A stretch of 64,000 bases of DNA from contig CP170459.1 of NCBI GenBank assembly GCA_047947115.1, forward strand, positions 2,880,001 through 2,944,000, given 5' to 3'. A model generated the notes under the pieces. It was not told the origin of the DNA, did no database searches, and saw only the letters and a list, made by a program, of their open reading frames with translations. This document shows positions 1 through 11,333 of the stretch, in pieces. The translations under genes and the position numbers were made by a program. Numbering within the stretch: the first letter of the stretch is position 1; the number at the start of each line of letters is the position of its first letter. The stretch is from Verrucomicrobiota bacterium (GTDB lineage: Bacteria; Verrucomicrobiota; Verrucomicrobiia; Limisphaerales; AAA164-E04).

Positions 1-72
1 TACGACGCGTGGTTGGCTCAGAATACTCCTGCGGATGGAGAGGAAGGCGCGGGCGCGCTCAGTTTTGAGTAA
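1..72 (+). CDS. 3' end of a CDS, possibly cytochrome c oxidase subunit II (partial)
   Basis: Frame 1 reads YDAWLAQNTPADGEEGAGALSFE*. The Y-x-x-W-L ending resembles CoxB C-termini, and SCO and DUF420 assembly genes follow. Confidence 0.4.
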   Translation, partial: YDAWLAQNTPADGEEGAGALSFE

Positions 73-130
73 CCGATTAAGCATTGGATTTTACACAGTG
101 CATGCCATGCTGATTATCGGCTGAGATGTT

Positions 131-811
131 ATGGATTCCTTAGCCGAACAACGATCAAAGGCGTATCGGAGATTGGCAGGATCAGGGTTGGTCCTGCTTA
201 TTCTTTTTGGGGTTTATTCTCTTTCATTGAAGGTCCTGAAATCAGGAAGCCAGCGGGAACTTTCTGTTGAATCAGGTGAATCTTCAACATTGCCGGTGCT
301 GCACACCCTGGGGTCTCTGTCTCTGACAAATCATTTGGGTGAGGCGATTGGGCTGGATGCGTTCAGGGGATCTCCCTGGTTTGCCAACATTATTTTCACT
401 CGTTGTCCCGGGCCTTGCGCTCGCATGACCAAGCAGATGCAGACTCTGCAGTCCAAACTCTCCACGGAGCAGCAAGCAAAGTTTGCATCTATTTCAACCG
501 ATCCTGAATTTGATACCCCTGAGGTGCTCACTCAATACGCCCGCAAATTCCATGCCGACACCTCGAGCTGGAGTTTCCTGACCGGAACCAAAGAAGAAAT
601 TTTTCGTGTGTCGACCGAAGAATTGCTCTTGGTCCTCCTGGAAAAAGACGAGTCGGAAAGGGAATCTCCCAATGACATTTTTCTACACAGTACGTTGACT
701 GTTTTGGTGGATCCGTTAGGGAGGATTCGGGGCAGTTATGAAATGCTTGAGGAGGGTGAGCTTGAACAGGCGATCGAGGACTTGCGCTTGCTTGAATCAG
801 AGGTATTTTGA
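131..811 (+). CDS. SCO family copper chaperone (cytochrome oxidase assembly)
   Basis: N-terminal TM helix, FTRCPGPC (CxxxC) motif, SISTDPEFDTPEVL and a conserved His (FLHST). Confidence 0.92.
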   Translation: MDSLAEQRSKAYRRLAGSGLVLLILFGVYSLSLKVLKSGSQRELSVESGESSTLPVLHTLGSLSLTNHLGEAIGLDAFRGSPWFANIIFTRCPGPCARMTKQMQTLQSKLSTEQQAKFASISTDPEFDTPEVLTQYARKFHADTSSWSFLTGTKEEIFRVSTEELLLVLLEKDESERESPNDIFLHSTLTVLVDPLGRIRGSYEMLEEGELEQAIEDLRLLESEVF

Positions 812-1269
812 GCGAAATTATGGAACTACAAGATTTGCCACTAATCAATGCCGTTTTGAATTTCTGCAGCGCGATACTCCTGGCGTGCGGGTTTGTTGCC
901 ATCAAGCGGGAGAACAAAGACCTCCACAAAAAGTGTATGGTGTGCGCCTTGATTACCTCGTCTTTATTTCTTACGTGTTATTTGATCTACCATGTCGGTA
1001 TGCAACGGGTGCATGGATCCGCTCATACCAATTTTGTGGATCCTGCCTGGTTTCGCCCTTATTATCTGGCTATCCTGGCTACGCATCTGCTGCTCGCTAT
1101 TGCGATTGTTCCTATGGTCATTCTTACAGTGCTTCACGCCGTCAAACAAAATTGGGAAAAGCATAAGCGAATCGCCAGATGGACATGGCCCTGCTGGATG
1201 TATGTGTCCGTGACCGGTGTGGTGATATATTTGCTGCTTTACCAGATTTTTCCGCAAGTGCCGGGGTGA
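808..1269 (+). CDS. DUF420 (YozB/CtaM-like) membrane protein
   Basis: Four TM segments, HKKCM, HKRIARWTWPCWMYVSVTGV. Overlaps the SCO stop codon. Confidence 0.88.
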   Translation: MSEIMELQDLPLINAVLNFCSAILLACGFVAIKRENKDLHKKCMVCALITSSLFLTCYLIYHVGMQRVHGSAHTNFVDPAWFRPYYLAILATHLLLAIAIVPMVILTVLHAVKQNWEKHKRIARWTWPCWMYVSVTGVVIYLLLYQIFPQVPG

Positions 1270-1355
1270 AGTTTTTCAGAGAGAATTGCCAGGATGATTC
1301 CTATGTAGCATAAGGATTCTGTCAGATCCAGAACCTCTCCTTAGGCGGCGATCCT

Positions 1356-2777
1356 CTATCCCCTCATGGGCATGATGACTGATGCGAGTAACGTGAGTGT
1401 CAAGCCTGTGATGGATATCACTGCGAGGCTGAGTGTCCAGGTTTTGAGGGTTTCTTTTTCGGTCATGCCGCTGAGTTTGCAGACTACCCAGAAACCGCTG
1501 TCGTTCATCCAAGATATCATGCCTGATCCGCTCCCAATTGCCAGGTAGATGTAGATGGGGTGGTAGGGTAGTGTGGTGCCGTCTCCGATGACGGAAGCCA
1601 TCATGCCGGTTGTGGTGATCATAGATACTGTGCCGGACCCTTGGGCTGTTTTCATCAGAGCAGCGATGAAGTAAGCCAGCAGGATGTGGCTTACGCCGAA
1701 TCGAGAGGAAAGACCCCCAATGGCGTCTCCGATGCCCACCAGTTTGATTATGGCTCCGAATGCTCCTCCTGCCGCCGTAATCATAATGATCAACCCAGCT
1801 GTTTCGAGAGGTGTTCCCATTATTGACGCAAACTGGGAACGGGTCATGGGGCGTTGTTGAATCAAGATCATCATCGCAATCAAGGTGGCTAAAAGCATAG
1901 CGATGTATTTGTTTCCGAGAAACAGGAAGAGATTGGCCCAAAGCCCCATGCCAGCAGTCAGATGGAAGGCGTCGATGATGGATGCGGTTCCAATCAGGAT
2001 TACAGGCAAGGCCACAGGAATCAGGCTTGCAGTAAAGGTTGGGAGCTGAGATTCGTTCTTCTCGTTCTCTATTTGGTGCTGTCCGTTACGCAGAGGGATG
2101 AAAGTGTGTCGGTCCACTTTTTTGGCTACCCAAAGCGCCACAACGGCAACCGCCGCTCCCAGCAAAATCCCCCCCCACATGCCGGTGGCCAGGTGGATAC
2201 TTAGTTTCTCCGCCATAAACAACGGTCCAGGTGTGGGGGGGACCAAGGTGTGTGTGATGACGGCCCCGCTGCAGATTGCCATGACATACAGGGCGTAGTG
2301 GTGTCCGGTTCGGAGGCTGAGTCCTCTGGCGAGCGGAATCAGTAGGAAGAATACGGTGTCAAAAAAGACCGGGATGCCCAGGATGAAACCGCAGATCAGG
2401 AGCGCCCAGGCTGCATGCGCTTCTCCCAGGCGGCGGATCAGGACGCGGACGATTTTGTCTGCTGCACCGCTTTCCATCATGCAGACACCTATCAGGGAGG
2501 CCAGGGCAATGACCCAGGCGATTTTCCCTGCGGTGGCACCGAATTCAGTCATCGGCTGTTCCACCGCGGTGATCCATGCATTGACATCAGATCCGTTTTC
2601 CGTTCCGAACAAGGCAAGAATGCCCACCAGCATCGCGGCCATCATCAAGGCGAGGAAGGCGTGAATGCGAAGCCATGCGATTGAAAGGACCACGGTGATG
2701 ATGCCTGCCAACAGGCACACGAATGGCCAGGTTTCCAAAGGGGGCGGAGCATTTGATTGGGCAATGATCCAGTTCAT
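1356..2777 (-). CDS. GntP family gluconate/sugar-acid permease
   Basis: Polytopic hydrophobic protein with GIPVFFD, HTLVPPTPGP, AQGSGTV and WMNDSGFW motifs. Confidence 0.92.
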   Translation of the reverse strand: MNWIIAQSNAPPPLETWPFVCLLAGIITVVLSIAWLRIHAFLALMMAAMLVGILALFGTENGSDVNAWITAVEQPMTEFGATAGKIAWVIALASLIGVCMMESGAADKIVRVLIRRLGEAHAAWALLICGFILGIPVFFDTVFFLLIPLARGLSLRTGHHYALYVMAICSGAVITHTLVPPTPGPLFMAEKLSIHLATGMWGGILLGAAVAVVALWVAKKVDRHTFIPLRNGQHQIENEKNESQLPTFTASLIPVALPVILIGTASIIDAFHLTAGMGLWANLFLFLGNKYIAMLLATLIAMMILIQQRPMTRSQFASIMGTPLETAGLIIMITAAGGAFGAIIKLVGIGDAIGGLSSRFGVSHILLAYFIAALMKTAQGSGTVSMITTTGMMASVIGDGTTLPYHPIYIYLAIGSGSGMISWMNDSGFWVVCKLSGMTEKETLKTWTLSLAVISITGLTLTLLASVIMPMRG

Positions 2778-2887
2778 CAGTCCTCAGGGGATGGTGTGAG
2801 CATAGAAAATCGATCCTGCCAATCCAAGACAAAAGGCCTCACCTTACGGTGACGCCTTTTGCGGAGAGGAATGATGTTGATCAAAGA

Positions 2888-3477
2888 TTAATTTCCCAAC
2901 CAGGCCGGGAAGTTTTTGGTGCGTTCTTGGCCGAGGCGTTGATAGGATCGATGCCAATTCATGGCCCAGATTTGTGTGGGAAAAGTTGTGGAACGTACCG
3001 AGTGATCAAAGTATGCCACGTTGGTACCCCTTCCATGACGGGCAATGGCAAAATGCATGGATTCAGCGCCGGCACCCGACCATTGACTGTTGAACGACGA
3101 AGCCTGGTCTTTGGTGGAATTTCGATGATCCGGCCCACCTCCGTGCCACATGGAATCCAGCAATAAAGGGATTTCAAAGACCGAATCCGACGCGTCAAGC
3201 GAGCCCAACCGATATTCCCGTCGCTGAACTTGCCTTCATTGTCGTCTACTTACTAATTGCCAGATGATTCCCCATTGCTTCAGGTTGGAAACAAAGTGGA
3301 TACCTTTGGCTTTGGATTTTGCCTTGGAAAGGGCTGGCAGCAGCATGCCCGCCGTGATGGCGATGATGTCAATGACCACCAACAGCTCAATCAAGGTAAA
3401 ACCGCTTCTCTAACAATTGGCTGTACGCGTGTTCCCAGCCGTTCGCTTTGTCAATACTCTGGAGTAATCAGGGTCAT
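2888..3477 (-). pseudogene. Degraded prepilin-type N-terminal cleavage / H-X9-DG protein
   Basis: Minus strand reads [45 protein letters not shown] from about 3403. There is an in-frame TAG just upstream (3410-3412) and a frameshift near 3250 before DDNEGKF. The C-terminal HGRGTNVAYFDH lies in ORF 2888..3208. The 5' boundary is approximate. Confidence 0.8.
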
Positions 3478-3585
3478 AGGCAACCGGCTCTGCATGGAAA
3501 GTAAAATTTACTCAACAATTTCATCGCAATTCCCCTTGCGCCTGTCGGGTGTCCTCAGGTATGCATGGACTGTTTATAGGAAACG

Positions 3586-4761
3586 ATGAATTATCATATC
3601 TCAGAACGTGCGGCATCTCTGGCTCCATCACTCACATTAGCCATCAGCGCCAAGGCAAAGCAGCTTAAGGCGGCAGGGCAGGATGTGATCGGGTTTGGGG
3701 CCGGGGAACCTGATTTTGACACGCCTCAGCACATCAAGGATGCAGCCATCAAGGCGCTCAATGATGGCTTCACCAAATACACCGCAGCCAGCGGGATTCC
3801 TGAGCTGAAGGATGCCATTGTTGAGAAATTTCAGCGAGACAACGGTCTGGATTACAAACCATCCCAGATTGTTGTGAGTTGCGGCGGAAAGCATTCGTGC
3901 TACAACATCATGATGGCCATCTGCAATTCGGGCGATGAAGTCATTATCCCGGCCCCGTATTGGTTGAGCTATCCGGAAATGGTGAAGTTAGCCGGAGGCA
4001 TTCCTGTGATTCTGGATACGACCGATGTCACCCAGTTCAAGGTGACTCCCGAGCAATTGCGTGATGCCATCACCGATCGCACCCGACTTTTTATTCTGAA
4101 TACCCCCAGCAATCCGACTGGATCGGTTTACACTCCCGAGGAGATCAAGGCGTTGGGCGATGTCTGTGTAGAAAAGGGAGTCATGATTTTAAGCGACGAA
4201 ATTTATGAACAATTGATCTATGGCGACGCGGTTCACAAAAGTGTGGCCTCGTTTTCTGCGGAGCATCAGGCCCACACCATTATCACTCACGGACTGGCCA
4301 AAGCCTGGTCGATGACTGGCTGGCGAATCGGTTTCCTGGCCGCGCCCGAACCCATCGCCAAGGCCATCAGTGCGCTTCAGAGTCACAGCACCAGCAATCC
4401 GACTTCGTTCGCCCAGGTTGGCGGAGTGGAAGCATTGCGTGGTTCTCAGGATCATTTGAAGGAATGGTTGCCTGAGTTCGATCGCCGCCGCCGTTATGCT
4501 CATGAGCGGTTGGAAGCCATGCCGGGTATTTCCTGTGTCAATGCTGAGGGTGCTTTTTATCTGTTTCCCAACATTTCGGGGACCGGCATGAAGTCTACCG
4601 ATTTCTGCGACAAATTGTTGGAGCAATCTCAGGTGGCAGCTGTTCCGGGGATTGCATTCGGTTCTGATGATTACATTCGCATCAGTTATGCCACGGGCAT
4701 GAGTCAGATCGAAAAGGGCATGGAGCGTATGGACGCGTTCGCACGTTCTTTGCAATCCTGA
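3586..4761 (+). CDS. aspC: PLP-dependent class I/II aminotransferase (aspartate aminotransferase-like)
   Basis: GEPDFDTP, NTPSNPTG, SDEIYE and the PLP-lysine motif AKAWSMTGWRIG. Confidence 0.9.
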   Translation: MNYHISERAASLAPSLTLAISAKAKQLKAAGQDVIGFGAGEPDFDTPQHIKDAAIKALNDGFTKYTAASGIPELKDAIVEKFQRDNGLDYKPSQIVVSCGGKHSCYNIMMAICNSGDEVIIPAPYWLSYPEMVKLAGGIPVILDTTDVTQFKVTPEQLRDAITDRTRLFILNTPSNPTGSVYTPEEIKALGDVCVEKGVMILSDEIYEQLIYGDAVHKSVASFSAEHQAHTIITHGLAKAWSMTGWRIGFLAAPEPIAKAISALQSHSTSNPTSFAQVGGVEALRGSQDHLKEWLPEFDRRRRYAHERLEAMPGISCVNAEGAFYLFPNISGTGMKSTDFCDKLLEQSQVAAVPGIAFGSDDYIRISYATGMSQIEKGMERMDAFARSLQS

Positions 4762-4789
4762 TCGGCATCGATTCTGCTTTTCCCCGGGC

Positions 4790-5536
4790 ATGGATGTTTC
4801 ACGACGCTTGTTTGTACGGACATTTTTGTTGAACACCGCCTGGATGGCTGGATTGGGTGGCACCCAACGGTTGCGTCTTGCGGGTGAACTGGTTCCAAGT
4901 CCGGATGATAACCGTGGTGTGTTGAATATTCATCCTGAGGATTATCCTGCTCTGGCAGAATCAGGCGGGTCCGTGAGGCTTGGATTTAATCCGGTTCGAT
5001 CCAATCACCTTCCGGACGGAACCTTGCACCCCATCCTGATCAACCGGCTTGAAAGCGGGGGACTCATCGTGCTGAATGCCGAATGCCCTCATGCATCTTG
5101 TGCGGTCCGGACGCTTAGTCAATCGTCCAACACGCACACATGTCCTTGTCATGCTTCCCGGTTTGGGGTGGATGGCAGGCGAATCAGTGGACCGGCGCCC
5201 TTTGGACTGGAGGTGTTGGAGTCTGAGATTTGTCCGGATGGATCTCTGGACATACTGGTGCCCCGGCTTAAGTTTTCGATTGCCAGCAAGGTGTTGGATC
5301 TTGGGATTTTCAAACGGATCAAGATTGATTTTCCGGCGCGTCGGAAAGTTTCCTATCAGGTGGTTTTCAAATCCGAGACGGCTGATGACTGGCAAATTGT
5401 TCCCTTTGCCACAAGTGAAGGGGCGGCGCTTTCTCAGTCCGTGTTTCCTGGAGAGGGCCTTTTAACATCCTTGTTTGTCGATGTTCCAAAAGATCAGGGG
5501 ATTTTTGCCGTGCAAATCCTCCAGGAAGAGGTTTAG
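4790..5536 (+). CDS. Tat-exported Rieske [2Fe-2S] domain protein with a C-terminal extension
   Basis: SRRLFV twin-arginine motif; Rieske boxes CPHASC and CPCHASRF; GPAP motif. Confidence 0.82.
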   Translation: MDVSRRLFVRTFLLNTAWMAGLGGTQRLRLAGELVPSPDDNRGVLNIHPEDYPALAESGGSVRLGFNPVRSNHLPDGTLHPILINRLESGGLIVLNAECPHASCAVRTLSQSSNTHTCPCHASRFGVDGRRISGPAPFGLEVLESEICPDGSLDILVPRLKFSIASKVLDLGIFKRIKIDFPARRKVSYQVVFKSETADDWQIVPFATSEGAALSQSVFPGEGLLTSLFVDVPKDQGIFAVQILQEEV

Positions 5537-5644
5537 TAAGGTTTGTTGCCTTAAATGCCTTCAGTATTTGATTCGCTTTTCATTTCTCGTGCCTGTCGGG
5601 ATTGCTTGAATCAGGAATTGGGGTAGCCGGAGGGGAAGTGTTGT

Positions 5645-7087
5645 TTAATACAATCGTTCAGGGATGGCTGTGGGGGTTATCATGTCGTAGGGAAGTTTCC
5701 AAAGACCTGTTCCATCCTTATTGGTGAAATAGAGGTGGGAGGCTGTCAGGGTGTCGGGATTTCCATCTGCCCAAAAGGCGTAAAAATCTGGATGAGCATT
5801 CACCGGGCGTCGTGCATAACCGTGGTTACGGGGGCTTTCGACCGTGATGGTTCGAAGGAGATTCCATGCCAGGATCTCTGCGGGGCGTATCCACATCATC
5901 ATTTCTCCTCCGGTGCCGTGACGCTGTGGTCCGGGGTGAGTGGGGGCAATCAACCGCCAGCGCTTGTCGGGTTCGATGTAAATGGAGCCCATGTCGTAGT
6001 TGTGAAACGCGCGGGTGATGCTTTGAAATATCCATTCACCGTTTTGCCAATGCGCAATGGTCCATTCACGAGGGCGATGGTGAGGGCCGGGCTGGTGTTT
6101 GTCGCTGGTGATGTGCAGGATGACCGGATTGCCTTCCCCATCGACCGTGATGTCCTTCAGGTAAACCAATCGATCTTCAGCCTGATAATCTTTTACCAGT
6201 GCAGGGTTGTCAGTTTCAGTCAATGGAGGCAGGACTTGGTCACCAGAAACGGTTTGCCAGGTTTCGCCAAGATCGGATGTTTGAAGAAAATAGAGATTGG
6301 TGCGGTAGTCAACGTTTCCGTTTGGGTGGTAATTGAACGCTGTCATCACACGTGAACCGATGCGACGACTGATTTGGTAATGTCCTCCCATGCCGGCCAA
6401 TTTTTGATCCTCGGTCCAGCCGAGACCATGCTGGCTTCGGTTCCAGTAAAGCTCACGACCTTTCGTGTATTTGGTAAACAGATGTAGACATCCTTTTTCT
6501 TCGATCCACCAAGGTTGAGGGTAGGTGAATTCTTCTTCACTGATCTGATCGAATGCCCCGATGTCATAAGGCTTTCTGCTTCGGTATTTGTAGCCCGGTC
6601 GGTGTCGGCCTCGCCCGCTCACAAAAACCCACAGGTGACCTTTGGGATCCATGGCGATGGATGGGTTGTCGTGGGGATCATTTACCTTCAATTTGTCGTG
6701 GACCACGGTGGGTTGGGGCACTTGTCCTGTGGTATGATCATAATACCCGATCATGGCCAGGAGATGGGTTTCATTTGCTTGAGTCGTGCCGCCGAATACA
6801 AAAAAAGTCTTGTTCGCATCCTCGTCGTAGATTGCCAGTGGGCAGTGCTTGGCTGTGTAGGTGCCAAGTCCGCCTGAGTACTTGGAACCGTATTCGGATT
6901 TTTGTCCAAGATCGAACCAGATACCCCGGTAGCCTGCGATCTTTCCGGTGACGTGGGAAGGGGGACTGTTGTCGATCGTATCGGCTGCATGCATGGCGGC
7001 GGTCATCTGCCACAGGAGGGCTCCGAACGCAGCTCCAAGCATCAACCAGCATTGATGTTTCAATCGAGATTTCAGTGGAAAAAGCAT
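5645..7087 (-). CDS. Secreted BNR_4-repeat beta-propeller protein (possible polysaccharide lyase/hydrolase)
   Basis: Signal peptide, DPHDNPSI..D..GHLWVF, TYPQ and an Asp-box (TSDLGETW). Confidence 0.72.
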   Translation of the reverse strand: MLFPLKSRLKHQCWLMLGAAFGALLWQMTAAMHAADTIDNSPPSHVTGKIAGYRGIWFDLGQKSEYGSKYSGGLGTYTAKHCPLAIYDEDANKTFFVFGGTTQANETHLLAMIGYYDHTTGQVPQPTVVHDKLKVNDPHDNPSIAMDPKGHLWVFVSGRGRHRPGYKYRSRKPYDIGAFDQISEEEFTYPQPWWIEEKGCLHLFTKYTKGRELYWNRSQHGLGWTEDQKLAGMGGHYQISRRIGSRVMTAFNYHPNGNVDYRTNLYFLQTSDLGETWQTVSGDQVLPPLTETDNPALVKDYQAEDRLVYLKDITVDGEGNPVILHITSDKHQPGPHHRPREWTIAHWQNGEWIFQSITRAFHNYDMGSIYIEPDKRWRLIAPTHPGPQRHGTGGEMMMWIRPAEILAWNLLRTITVESPRNHGYARRPVNAHPDFYAFWADGNPDTLTASHLYFTNKDGTGLWKLPYDMITPTAIPERLY

Positions 7088-7179
7088 GCCACATGATGGA
7101 ATTGTTCGAGCATACTTTCAATGGCGGATTCATCTGATGCTTCTCCCTTGACCCTGATGGGCAGGCGGTCTAGTTTGGT

Positions 7180-7296
7180 TTGATCTGGGGAGCATTCCGA
7201 GGCGGCTTTTATGTTGCCTGAAAGGCGCTGAGAGTTTCGCTCGGGAGAGCGAATGACCCATTGAACCTGTACGGATAATGCCGACGAAGGGAAAGC
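7180..7296 (+). promoter_or_regulatory. TPP riboswitch (THI element)
   Basis: GGGG...GCTGAGA...ACCC-ATTGAACCTG..GGATAATGCC..CGAAGGGAA consensus about 60 nt upstream of thiC. Confidence 0.93.
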
Positions 7297-7347
7297 CTGC
7301 CCATGCTTCCTGATTGTTGGTTTTCCATGTGATTTGACATTAATTAG

Positions 7348-9276
<1,929 letters not shown>

Positions 9277-9295
9277 TGAGATCACTGGTTCTGTC

Positions 9296-11323
9296 ATGGT
9301 GAGGGGAGATGCATTAAAAGCAGGTTTCTTATTGAGGAGCATCATCCTCTTCGGCTTGCTTTTGATGTTGTTGGAAGGGATGCTGGCAGATGAAACAGGA
9401 ATCCGATCCAAGCTACCATGGTCGTTTCAGCCGGTCTTGCCGCAGGATGCATTCAAGTTCAGAGACATTGATGATTATATCGATGATTCGATGGAGTCGC
9501 ACGGGATTGTTCCCAATCCCCTGGCAGATCGGTGGACATTGATTCGGCGCGCAACCTTTGATCTTCTGGGGCTTCCTCCCTCACCAGATGAAGTGTTGGC
9601 ATTTGTGGAGGATTCATCACCGGATGCCTATGAAAAGTTGGTGGATCGATTGCTGGCTTCTCCCAGGTATGGTGAACGCTGGGGGCGTTACTGGCTGGAT
9701 CTTGCCAGATACGCCGATACAAACGGAGCCGATGAAAACATGGCATTTCCCAACGCCTGGAGGTATCGCAATTATGTGATCCGATCCTTCAATCAGGACA
9801 AACCTTACGACCGGTTCATTCGGGAACAGATTGCGGGAGACCTTTTACCCGAAACGGATGATGTTGATTTGCAGGTGGATCGATTGGTTGCCACCGGTTT
9901 TCTGGTGTTGGGACCAAAAATGCTCGCCGAGCAGGACAAGGAAAAACTGCTCATGGATGTGGTCGATGAACAGATCGATGTGGTGACTCGCACATTTCTC
10001 GGGATCAGCGTTGCTTGCGCCCGTTGTCATGACCACAAGTTTGATCCTGTTGACCAGGAGGATTATTACGCCCTTGCCGGTATATTTCGAAGCACGCGGA
10101 CCATGGCCAACACCGATCATGTTTCGCGCTGGACCGAGCGGGTGGTGCCTCATCCTGAAAATGCTGATTTGCAGGCTGCGTTTGAACTCCAAAAATCAGA
10201 TCTGGAAAGACGTATCCAGGAGTTGGAACGTTCTGCCGGATCAGAGGAAAGCAAGCAGAAGCTCGATGCATTCAAGGACCAGTTGAAGCAGTTGGAAGCA
10301 AACGGAGCGGGGTTGCCACGGGCCATGTCCGTGATGGATGGTGATATTCAGAATCTCCCCGTTCATCTGCGCGGCAATCATCTCACATTGGCGAAACATT
10401 CCGTGAACCGGCAGTCGGTCTCCTTTTTGGATCACCTGTTAGCGATGGGGGAAATCGCTTCGTCGGATTCCGGTCGATTGACTCTGTCGGACTGGTTGTG
10501 TGATCCGGAGCATCCTCTTGTAGCAAGAGTCATGGTCAACCGGATTTGGAAAGGACATTTTGGGGAGGGGCTTGTATCGACTCCCTCCAATTTTGGTCAT
10601 ACGGGTGATTATCCAACTCATTCTGAATTGTTGGACTGGTTGGCCCGGAGGTTTGTCCAGGACGGGTATTCCATCAAATCCATGCACCGTCGCATGATGC
10701 TTTCCAATGCCTACAGACGTTCATCGGAACATTCCTCCGTGGCTGGTGCTATAGATCCTGATAATCGATGGCTATGGAGGCAGAATCGTCGCAGGTTGGA
10801 GGCAGAACCCCTGCGGGATGCGCTGCTTTACATTTCGGGACGGCTGGATACTGAATGGGGGGATTCCCTGGGGAGTATGAAAGATAATTCATCTTACTAT
10901 CGCGAGGAGGGTGAAGCCTTCAAAGCTCCGGTTCGGGCGGTGTATCTGCCTGTTTTACGCAGTCGTGTTTATGACATGTTTGCCACCTTTGACTTTCCAG
11001 ATGCTTCGGCTCACTTGGAGAAAAGATCCCAAACCATCATGCCCCAGCAGGCTCTGTTTTACCTCAACGGAGAGTTGACAAGCCAATGTGCCGACGGTCT
11101 GGCTGATTCCATTCAGGCATCCGGCCCGGGTGAAAACGAGCGTAATTTGAAGCGCCTTTACCTGACGCTTTTCTCCCGATACCCTTCCATTGAGGAAATG
11201 CGTTTGTTTGAGGCGTACTCGCGTCAGTCATCCTTTGTCGGTACGGAGGAAGCCAAGCGTTCAGGGCTTGTACGCTGGATTCGGATTCTAATGGCGTCTA
11301 ATGAGTTCAGTTACATCCGATAG
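9296..11323 (+). CDS. DUF1549/DUF1553 (PSD1) domain protein
   Basis: RRATFDLLGLPP, YGERWGRYWLD, CARCHDHKFDP, HPLVARVMVNRIW, RRLEAE. Start moved to ATG 9296, after the thiC stop and before a signal-like hydrophobic stretch. Confidence 0.9.
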   Translation: MVRGDALKAGFLLRSIILFGLLLMLLEGMLADETGIRSKLPWSFQPVLPQDAFKFRDIDDYIDDSMESHGIVPNPLADRWTLIRRATFDLLGLPPSPDEVLAFVEDSSPDAYEKLVDRLLASPRYGERWGRYWLDLARYADTNGADENMAFPNAWRYRNYVIRSFNQDKPYDRFIREQIAGDLLPETDDVDLQVDRLVATGFLVLGPKMLAEQDKEKLLMDVVDEQIDVVTRTFLGISVACARCHDHKFDPVDQEDYYALAGIFRSTRTMANTDHVSRWTERVVPHPENADLQAAFELQKSDLERRIQELERSAGSEESKQKLDAFKDQLKQLEANGAGLPRAMSVMDGDIQNLPVHLRGNHLTLAKHSVNRQSVSFLDHLLAMGEIASSDSGRLTLSDWLCDPEHPLVARVMVNRIWKGHFGEGLVSTPSNFGHTGDYPTHSELLDWLARRFVQDGYSIKSMHRRMMLSNAYRRSSEHSSVAGAIDPDNRWLWRQNRRRLEAEPLRDALLYISGRLDTEWGDSLGSMKDNSSYYREEGEAFKAPVRAVYLPVLRSRVYDMFATFDFPDASAHLEKRSQTIMPQQALFYLNGELTSQCADGLADSIQASGPGENERNLKRLYLTLFSRYPSIEEMRLFEAYSRQSSFVGTEEAKRSGLVRWIRILMASNEFSYIR

Positions 11324-11333
11324 ACATCGAAGC

